In this document: one piece after another, positions 14,991 to 24,058 of the stretch
Position numbering within the stretch: the stretch's first letter is position 1
How the letters are laid out: the number at the start of each line of letters is the position of its first letter
Assembly (NCBI RefSeq): GCF_000181795.1
Contig: NW_003526941.1
Span: 2,885,933-2,909,990 of the forward strand
Length of the DNA stretch: 24,058 bases
Direction of reading: 5' to 3'
DNA from: Trichinella spiralis
Taxonomy: Eukaryota
The notes under the pieces: model-generated
What the model was told of the DNA's origin: nothing
Database searches by the model: none
What the model saw: only the letters and a program-made list of their open reading frames with translations
Made by a program: the position numbers and the translations under genes

Positions 14991-16100
14991 AACACGTATA
15001 TATCTGTGTGTGAGAGAATATGCTTATTTTTTCGATTTTCGTTCTTGTTTATTGTTGCAGTGTGAGCAGATGTAATTGTAATGTTATTAAGACGAGACCA
15101 CCAAGCCGGCGGTGGGTGGAGTCTGGTCGATTCGAATGGAAACTTATAGTAAAAAGCGACTTTGTATTCTAATCGGGCCATTAGCTGCAGCTATGAATGC
15201 CAAGATACGACTTGCACCTGCCGTTCTCTTTGCTTGTTCCACCTGCGCTAGTCTTGTCCGGCGGTCTTTGCCTTCACCTACACAGTGGGATATTGTCGAC
15301 ATTGGTTTCCTATTGTGAAAAGAGTAAGATGCATATAATGCAAACAGAAAGAAAGAAAATTTAGCGAAATAGCTATCTAGTTATTTACTTAGCTGGCCTA
15401 CTCTGGCGATGGTTGATCTTTATCTTTTGCTTTGGTTTATATAAGCTAATTGAACCGAATGCACGCATTTCCGGCGCTTATCGACATCGTGCAATTGGGA
15501 ATTAGCTGGTGAGCTGTTTGCATCACAAATCTGAGTTGAATATCTTTTCCAAATCTTTGCTCTTCTGGTATGTGAGTCGATTTTCAGGGCCGTGGCACGC
15601 ATGATCTACTTAATTTAGCTTTTGCCGCCGCCGCCTCAGCTAAATTGTCCTGCCTTTTAGTGTAGTGTTATATATATATATATATATACACGTATGTAAT
15701 TGCTATTGACGTTTTGGCTTTTTGAAGACTCTATTCCCTCACGGCCTAGCGTGGGAGTGTAGGACTTTTATTAGGCGACAATTCTTGCGCGACCCGGCGC
15801 CGTCGTCGTCGATGACACTTTTACAAGGCATTGTCGGAATTTATTGCTAAGCCGAAGATGGCTTTTCTTCATCCACCTGGCCATTTCTGAGCACACTATG
15901 TGTGTTGTGTCTATAAAGAGAAGTTGCATTTCGCTTTTTATTCTATTATTTTTGTGCGAACAGAAATGAGAATATTTATTTTTCTATTCTGACTTTATTA
16001 TTCTTTTGTTCCTGCATGCTGAATGTTTTATTTTTGTTGACTTTGAACGTTTCGTCTGAGATCAAGGTCGACAATATTCATATGCTTGCATGCATGTGTA

Positions 16101-16232
16101 TGTGTTTACGGCGCTTCTGTCATCTCCGGTTGCACTTTTTCGTTCGCATTGTGGCCAGTGTTGTCACCATCTGATGGCCGTTGGCTGTCTGGTTGAAGAG
16201 ATGGATCATTTTCTGCACTGTGTTATGAATAC
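16101..16232 (-). repeat. Right arm of a 132-bp inverted repeat (partner 14859-14990)
   Basis: Reverse complement reads gtattcataacacagtgcagaaaatgatccatctcttcaacc...cgtaaacaca, matching the left arm with 12 substitutions and no indels. Confidence 0.95.
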
Positions 16233-16835
16233 CATGTAAAGAGTCTCTGTTATTGGTGTTGTTGTCGTCATCGTTGTTGTTTATTATATTTCTTATTTTT
16301 GATACTGATCTGGTAAACTGATACCTCCAGGTTAAAGCTTGAAGCTGACAGATGACATGTTTTAACGATGTATACACGCATGGTCTGTAGTTGTAAAATG
16401 GTAAAAGTTCAGCTCGTTTACTGACAGAGAAATTGGATCATGCTGAAAAGTGTGAGATGGATGCGTGTGTATGTGTACGCGCATATTTATACCAGATATA
16501 TAATATAAATATGATCTGTATAATCAGTTACTCATGGCCATGGCTTCATTTGCCACCTCTGCCAAGCGACACTTTGCGTGGCAGTGGCGAAGCAGTTTGA
16601 ATTTTTATTTCTTCAGCAGAGTAGACTTTTTATAGTTCAGGGTCATGGAACACAACGTGAAACTGATTTTTCCTTGTTCGTCGAAACGCTTAAATGATTT
16701 CTCGTCAGAATTGCTTGCTTTGAATTTGCCGCAGTTGTTGCAGTTGCAATTCCTCAAGGAATTTCATCTGTCCCACTTTCTTTGTGCTTGTTCTGCTTAC
16801 AACAGCTTGGAAATTCTATTGTTAACATCATCGCT

Positions 16836-16944
16836 TTATGGAACTGGGTTTGTAAAATTGTTGTTGGTAATTTTTTTCGCTTATACTGTTTTTTGAAAAA
16901 TGAAAAAATGCACTAATGTGTAAAAAGTATTTTTTGATTTCACA
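16836..16944 (+). repeat. Copy 1 of a ~109-bp direct repeat (partner 18381-18488)
   Basis: ttatggaactgggtttgtaaaattgtt...gaaaaatgaaaaaatgcactaat...atttcaca; about 90% identical to copy 2 by eye, with one 1-nt gap. Confidence 0.92.
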
Positions 16945-17166
16945 TATTTCTACAGTGCTGCTGACCGTACGCAGTTCAAGCACTAAATTCGGTTGCCATG
17001 CAAAGGTAATAGGAGAACGCAGGTGTTTATTTGTTTAATTATTTTTTGTTTTTTTCTTTAATTTTCATAGAAAGTATAATTTAAGTTAAAAAACAGACAG
17101 CTCTTTCCTGTTTTCAAATTTTTCTCAGTTTGCACGCCAGTTACGTTTGAAATTATTTATCCCTTG

Positions 17167-17190
17167 TTATCTTATCTTATCTTATCTTAT
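17167..17190. repeat. (TTATC)4+ pentanucleotide repeat (tandem AGATAA on the - strand)
   Basis: ttatc ttatc ttatc ttatc ttat. Confidence 0.85.
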
Positions 17191-17417
17191 TCTTTTTTAC
17201 TACCAGATACTTTATCATCAGTGCGATTGATGCTTCTTAGTCTACAGAGAAGTTGAAAGCAGTGAAAATCACCATTTTGCTGGAGGCTTATTTTCACAAA
17301 GCACATGTGCTAAACGCACAATGGAATGGCATTTATTTTGAAATACTTTTTCACATTGTAGTTGACTTCAACATTTATTTGCATGCGAATGGGATGTTTG
17401 TGTTTTATAACGTCTAT

Positions 17418-17441
17418 GGAGGAGGAGGAGGAGGAGGAGGA
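17418..17441. repeat. (GGA)8 microsatellite
   Basis: Read directly from the sequence. Confidence 0.9.
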
Positions 17442-18352
17442 GAATTGCTTCCATAGTCTATTTTAAAGATTAGATGAAATTTTCAAACTTGATTGCTGAG
17501 CTCAAGTAGATCCACTTCGTCTTATCTATGACACTAACACGAACAGTATAAAACGGCCATCGATGACTGAAAAACGTTGTGTACAGAGTGAGCTACCTGC
17601 TGCTCAAGTACCATCGCTAGTTGTAGCAGTGATAGTTATCTAGAATCTAGATCAATGTGGCGTACAGTGTGTGCACTTTTATTATTCAGCTTGCGTGAGT
17701 AAAATTTTAGCTTCTTGAAATTGTAAATACACAATAAAAGCTAAATTATTTGTTTTCACATGATAAAGGATGATGGAAAATTTTCCGTTGCGCACTTTGT
17801 TAACTTTTTTGTTGTGAACTAAGTGAAATTGTAGGAAATGATGAATTAGCTGTCTATCATTGGAGCCTCTTTGTTTATATCTTTATCATTTTATTTATTT
17901 ATTTATTTTTGTCCATTCGTCTGTCTGTCAGCTTGCTTATTTAAGCGTTTTTCAAAGTTTAAAGAGTAATAGAGTTCACTCGACTAACGTTTGGCAGTAA
18001 ATTTTTAATATGGTGACAATGTGATGCGCTGCGTTGGGTGGTGTTTGGCTTCAATTGAGAAAAGTGGTAGTTAGCTAAAAGTCGACGTTTTTCGGCTTGA
18101 CCGATCGCGACGCATATTTTAGGCTTTTGATTTTTCTACTCTTCAACTCTCAGAGCAACAGCTGCTGGTTTGTGGTCAATGTTGAGTTATAAATAAAGTG
18201 ACGATGGTCGGGAATCGAGCCCACAAGGCTCACAATGGCATATGGTCGTTTGTGTCTCGGGGGGAAGCGTGATTTTTCAACTGGCAGATTGGTGGCGCGT
18301 GCGTACACAAGCACACGCCAAAAGGCTGTGTGTTGAGCTAAACCTTCTCCAG

Positions 18353-18380
<28 letters not shown>
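18353..18380. repeat. (TA)14 microsatellite abutting direct-repeat copy 2
   Basis: Read directly from the sequence. Confidence 0.95.
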
Positions 18381-18384
<4 letters not shown>

Positions 18385-18488
18385 GGAACTGGGTTTGTAA
18401 AATTGTTATAGGTAATTGTTTTTGCTTTCTTGTTTTTTGAAAAATGAGAAAATGCACTAATTTGTAAAAAGTATTTTATTATTTCACA
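18381..18488 (+). repeat. Copy 2 of the ~109-bp direct repeat (partner 16836-16944)
   Basis: First 27 nt identical to copy 1; ~90% identical overall. Confidence 0.92.
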
Positions 18489-19607
18489 AATGTGTATATA
18501 TACGAACGTATGTATGTATGTATACAATGACAGTTTTGTTAGTTAGCCCTTCGATCACTTGAAAGGGCTGCTGATTAGCTGTTTGCACAGTATAAAAGTG
18601 TTGTATGCATTTATTTTACTACTGCAAGTGAAATTTATAAATTAACACATGCTATGTTAAGTTTTGTTTAATAATTTAGTAGTTAAGCTCCGTTTCTCTT
18701 ATTTTGCTTTTTTTTTGTTTGCTACTGATGTGAGTGATTGAATGAACTGCTTCATCGTCACAAAACCGATGTTCGCAGTACTTCGTTCGGGTCAACGCTT
18801 CTTCAACTGTGTGCTGCGCGCTGTGTTTGGTGCACAGTTTGGTTAATTTTTTTGGTTTTGGCCGTGTGTACAGAATTGATTAACAGTGTTTGTCTGGTCG
18901 CTTGGCGATACTGGATAGAGAACAAGCCTGAGGACGAGTGGCGGCCTCGACGATTGACTGGCGATAAATCAAAACGGCGCTTGGACTTGTTGCCAATGAC
19001 CGACTGACCGGTCCGGCCGGCGGCTAATCGGACTTGGATCACACCTCACCGCTTGCTTGGCCAGGGTTGGCTTTTATTTTTATCGTCACTCTTTTTCTGG
19101 CCTGACGGGCACTTGGCCCTGTCAATTGCTTCAAGCTCGCCTCTACACCCCGGTGGCCAGTGTCCACCTGGCGCCAACCGTTAACGCGCTTCGTTCATCG
19201 TTTCCTCGCTTACTTTTTATTTTCATAAAAAATATTTTTGATCAGAAAAGCAAGCTGTGTTTACGTTCTTGTTTGTTTAGTTTTGGCAGTATTTAAAAAA
19301 ACTGGATCTTCCAAGCAGAATCACCTGTGAGAACGGCGTGGCGGAAGTGAAATTTGGACACGTTTGCAAGCAGAAATCTGCGGAAAGAGCAGGAGAAAGG
19401 GGAGGAGGTGGAATAAGAAGAATAATCGTACCAATAGCAGCAACGTTGACCGATCTACCGTCAGGGAGGGCGGCGGCAACTTTTGAAATTAAAGAACAAA
19501 CGAGACGACAACGTCAATTAGCCGGCGCTTCAGCAGCGGTGGTCGAGGACGACTCTTGCTATTCAGACTACGCTTCCATTGAGTACAGCAGTCGAGCGAA
19601 CGTTATC

Positions 19608-21695
19608 ATGTCCGGCACGTTGTCATCGGGAACGGACCTGATGCACACACGTGAAGGTGGCAGCAGTAGTCTTGGAAATTATACTTTGTCATCGTTGGAA
19701 GAGGACCCCGCTGCACCACCGACCACTGGTGCCGCCGTGAATTCGTCAATTTCCTTTGAGAAGAGGCAGCGGTTACGCAACGGCGCCGTTCATCGACACT
19801 TCCCATCTTCTTCTGCTGCCCGTTTTCGACATTATCGACACTCTACCTCAGACGATGACTCTGGATGTGCGATCGAGGACTACGCTTGGGTACCGTCGGG
19901 TCTGCATCCATGGATGGTAAGAAATAAATAAAAGCCTTTTCCTTTGAAAAGTTGCCAAAATTTTTTGACCATTGCATGCCTGCTTGCCTTCAGTTTTAAC
20001 AAATAATCTCGAAACTATTTCATCAAACTTGCTTAGCTGTGGGACTAACTTTTGCACCAGTCATTATGCCATATCTTCGTCTCTATTCCACTCATTTTAA
20101 GCAATTAAAGTAGGATAGTAATTCAGCGCATTCACAAAATATACTCGTATGTGTGTGTATGTATGTATGTATGTATGTACGTATCTGGATAGTTGTGTTT
20201 GTTATCTGAAATGAATTTCACTAATAATGACCATTGTATAATTTGTAGAAGGAATAATTTGTTTAACGTTTTTAACATGCCAATAGATGCCTGTGACGCA
20301 TTAAATGGCTATTGCCAATTAAGTGATAATTATAATTGATGGAAAGTTTATTACTATGGTTTCAGTTGGTTTACTTATTCATTAACTGTTGCTATTTTTA
20401 TGTTTCATTAATTAGTAAATGTGAATTTTTTGTTTATGCAGATCCAGCAGTATTTTTCGAGGTTGCCTGAGAAGAAAATACCGTATGTGAAAAGTGCAGG
20501 CGAGAGATGGCGTGTACATCAGCTGTTGTTGCAACTGCCACCACAGGATAACGACGCACGTTATTGTCGTAGCTTGTCGGCCAAAGAGGAGAAAGAGTTG
20601 CGCATTTTTAGTCAACGACGTAAGCGTGAGGCGCTTGGGCGTGGTACGGTTCAGATGCTTCATCGTCTGCTTCGTCGAGACATGGCGTGTCGACAGTGTT
20701 GCCAGCGATTTCAAATTGGTGAGGTGGCGGTCTTTGCGCATCGTCTGAACTCCACCACCGCCTGGCATCCGTGTTGCTTTGTCTGTCACACGTGCCAAGA
20801 GCTGTTGATCGACTTGATCTATTTTCACAAAGATGGCAATATTTATTGCGGAAGGCATCATGCGGAAATATTGAAACCACGTTGTGCAGCTTGTGATGAG
20901 GTATGGGGAATTTTTTCTTGGCAATATTTTTTCATTTTTATTGTTTCAATTTTGTTTCCTTTGCAGATTATATTCGCTGACGAGTGCATTGAAGCGGAAG
21001 GCCAGTCTTGGCATTTGAATCACTTTACCTGCTTCGAATGCAGCGTTTGCTTGGGCGGTTCGCGCTACGTGATGCGTGATTCACATCCAGTTTGCTTGCC
21101 CTGTTACAGAACGGTTTACGAACAGCAGTGCTTTGCATGTCACCAAGAAATCGCCGAAACGGATGCTCGGATGAGTTACGGTCAGCGACAGTGGCATGCG
21201 AATAACAGTTGTTTCTCTTGTCAAACGTGCGGCGTACCGTTGCTTGGGCGTGCGTTCTGCTCCCAAACGGACGGTCTGTATTGTGGTGACGCTGGCTGCA
21301 AGTCCTCTGTTCAGACGAGCCAATCTGGCGGTGGTAACAATGGCTTGATGTCAATCCACCATTCATCTAGTAGTCGTGAGGCGATTTATCGACGCACTTG
21401 TTTCGACCGTGGTGAGCTAAACTGTCAGCAATTGAAGCATACTGCTGCTGTTGCTTCATCATCATCATCATCTTATTGTTGTTCATGTTATCGTTGTCAG
21501 CATAAAGAAAAGTTCTCGACTGACGAAGAAGACGGCCACAACCAGCGTCCTCGACGACATCATCCCAGTAATAATAATAATAATAGTCACCCCGATGAAC
21601 GTTGTTGCCAACCTGTGGATAATAGCGGCACCGGTGATCCGGTGTACGAAACGATCGCGTCCAACATGAATAGTCAAGGTGAAAACAGTGGTTCA

Positions 21696-21726
<31 letters not shown>

Positions 21727-22550
21727 TGGATGTGGAATACAACGATGTCGAAGCAGTGAAAGAATCTGCAGCGAATGTGGAAGAGAACGTATCGACAGTT
21801 TATTTGGTGAAAACTCGTAGGCAACCCCTTGCAAATCACTTGCGTCGATCGTTGCCTGATTTAACTGCCATTCAACATTGCCACAACTCGGCAGTAGCTG
21901 CCAAATTGCTGCCCCATGCTTTTACCGGTTTACGACTTGATCAGCGCAGTGGCAAAAGGTTGCTGTTGTCGAATGGAACCGAGTGTTGCCGAGGTTATGG
22001 AGAAACTGAGACTGCTTCGACTTCAGATGTGTTATTCAAAAATAAAAACAAGAAAAAAGAAACCACATTCGCTGCAGAGCAGTGTTGCACAACTTTACTT
22101 GTCGATAACAAGCATGGCAATGACGATGATGATGATAATGATGATCAGCTGGATGAAATAAGTGGTCGTACTGTACGTTTTCAAAAACGACCAACATTTC
22201 TTCATTTTTCTGCAAACAGTTTCGAATCAGATGCAGAGCATCGACCATTAGACAGTTCTGCTTCAGCTTTGTTTAATTGCCATCGACAACGCTCAGCAAG
22301 TGCTTGTAGCACATGTTCATCGTCTAGCGACTGCAGTAGCAGCACTACTACTAGCAGCAATGATGATGAATTAGAACAGTTTCCTTTTTATTCTCAAATG
22401 CGCTATGCCAACCAAGCAAGACGATTTTCGCTTACAGCAATTAACAAGAACAACAGTGTCCAGTTGTTGCAACGACAGCAACACCGATCCAAAAACAAGC
22501 GTTTCTTTTCTGGAAAAGAGAAAACCAAATCCAACTGCATTATTTCTTGA
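19608..22550 (+). CDS. prkl-1: Prickle planar cell polarity protein (PET domain, three LIM domains, C-terminal CAAX); 3 coding exons, 783 aa from ATG 19608; true N-terminus may extend upstream
   Basis: Exons 19608-19916, 20442-20900 and 20967-22550, with phase-0 GT-AG introns 19917-20441 and 20901-20966. [66 protein letters not shown]1 [36 protein letters not shown]2 [33 protein letters not shown]3 [24 protein letters not shown]. Also the Prickle-type CSTCSSSS segment and a basic tail ending CIIS* (farnesylation motif), which distinguish it from Testin. The frame is open from 19281. Confidence 0.95.
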
Positions 22551-22973
22551 CTTTTGAAATCGTATCTTTTTCATTTACTTTGTCAGTCCTGTTGAATTAC
22601 CATTAACTACTTGTAACATTTCTATTACTTTATTATTATTATTATTGCTTTTTAACATTTATTTCGCTTATTCTTTGTTTGCCTGCTTGCTTGCTTTGTT
22701 GTTGCTAATGAAATATCACTTCTTGTCCGCTTAACTTAACTGTGCAGTACCATATCGGTTCATCTGTTCTTTTCTTTCCAGTTGGCAAATACGAGGCTGA
22801 TGCAAAGAATATAGTTAAAACAACAAACATTATATCACCATTACCTTTTTCAGTACTGATATATGGTGGGTTCGTTGAACATTGGCTTGGTAATGAATTG
22901 AAGTGGAACAGTCTATACACAAATACCACATCTAACACTGAGAAACTACGATCTGTCTGTGAAATAACTATGT

Positions 22974-22979
22974 AATAAA
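22974..22979 (+). terminator. Candidate polyadenylation signal AATAAA for prickle
   Basis: AATAAA ~425 nt after the stop, near where the sequence shifts from T-rich to A-rich. Confidence 0.4.
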
Positions 22980-24058
22980 GACTTGTACTTACATACAGAT
23001 ATACTTACATACTTACATATTTATACAGAAATTACAGCAACTTGTAAAAAACTAACAAAAAAGTTCCAGAAAACTAAACATTTTCGCAGAATGAATAACT
23101 GCCAACAAATTTTTTGTGGAAGGAATAATTTGCTTAACATATTTCACGTGCCAGAACATGACTGTGAGGCAGTAAATACGTACTGCCAATACAGTGATCA
23201 TAATAATTAATGAAAAGTATATTATTATGGTATCAGTTGCTATACTTATTGACAGTGCCAATTTTAAAAAAACAAAAACAAAATAACAAAGGCTATATAG
23301 CACTTACTGTTCTTTCCGTTTCTGGGGAACGGGTTTTTATCACAAATTTCGCTTTTTTTGTTATGTATTTCTAAAGGTTCATATTTCAAAAAATTTGGGA
23401 AACATCTATCGCAAACTAACCCGTATTTGTTCAATAAATGGCCTCTAGAGTTTGCATGAGACAAGATGAATACACAGGAAAGCAGCCCATCTGCAACTCA
23501 GTTGAAACCCATCTAAGAGGGTTCAAATTTGGTATAGGAATAGTTTCCGAAATTGTAATGAGTTATTCATTGAAATTGCGCACTCCGGTGCAATACTTCT
23601 TTGCTTTGGACAATTCGAATTTCCGACATTTTCTGACGATTTGGTATAAATTGAAAAAAGTTCTTTCAATACGGTATGAAAGGCGCATAAAAAAGCTCCA
23701 TTTATTAGATTCCTATTAGACTATTTAATTCTATCGACAAGTTGAGTGGAATATCTCAAGCGACGACTGTCAACATTTATAAATACCTGAGTGTCTACCG
23801 TAAAACATGGAATTGTTAGCTTTTATGAAAAACAATCATTTCATTGAATTCTAAGCTCTTCATGATCTTAACTATTCATTCAGAATCTCAACGATACCAA
23901 AAAGGTGGCTGTTCGATTCAGTCTTCCGCTACTGCATTACACCGAAATGATGTTTATGCGAAGCAGCTTCAAATGTTATTTTTGTCAGAATGATTGATTT
24001 CAATGGGTGAAAATATAAAAAATTAACCAGCTATTAGAAACTAAAGCACACATGCATG

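Noticed and set aside
14859..16232. Intact Tc1/mariner or other autonomous transposon
   Set aside because: No transposase ORF in the spacer, and arm similarity extends outward past the CAGTG with no TA or other clear target-site duplication.
18199..18285. tRNA-like 3' half on the - strand (gtgggctcgattcccgaccatcgtca)
   Set aside because: The T-loop has CTCGA rather than TTCGA, the T-stem is imperfect, and there is no matching 5' acceptor strand, D-arm/A-box or anticodon arm.
3261..19296. Numerous 60-127 aa ORFs in the intergenic stretch, many hydrophobic or with CVCV/THTH/YYYY runs
   Set aside because: Mostly TTG/GTG starts, with composition explained by T-rich DNA and microsatellites; no protein motifs and no consistent splice chain.
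20421..22550. 709-aa single ORF as the complete Prickle protein
   Set aside because: It starts at a GTG inside an intron, lacks the N-terminal PET segment encoded at 19850-19916, and reads through the 66-nt intron.
20412..22574. Antisense and alternate-frame ORFs over prickle (e.g. 20412-20924, 21367-21834)
   Set aside because: Shadows of a GC-richer, triplet-repeat-rich coding strand; no recognisable domains.

Overview
AT-rich, intron-containing eukaryotic (animal) DNA. The short introns, TTTCAG/TTTTAG acceptors, abundant microsatellites and protein sequences suggest a nematode, possibly a Trichinella-like clade I species; this is inference only. There are three + strand protein genes: (1) the last three exons of an unidentified gene with a Pro-rich C-terminus (1-571); (2) a complete 11-exon p38 MAP kinase (1013-3087, 361 aa, TGY activation motif); (3) a Prickle planar-cell-polarity gene (PET + 3 LIM + CAAX; 19608-22550, 783 aa from the first ATG, possibly with further upstream exons). 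The ~16 kb between p38 and prickle has no recognisable coding sequence. It holds GC-richer islands, microsatellites, a 132-bp inverted repeat pair 1.1 kb apart, a ~109-bp direct repeat pair and several hairpins/dyads. I see no firm evidence of a new multi-gene system. The best leads are the long inverted repeat, an in-frame stop-free prickle intron that would encode a TM-like segment, and the ancestral intron pattern of p38.
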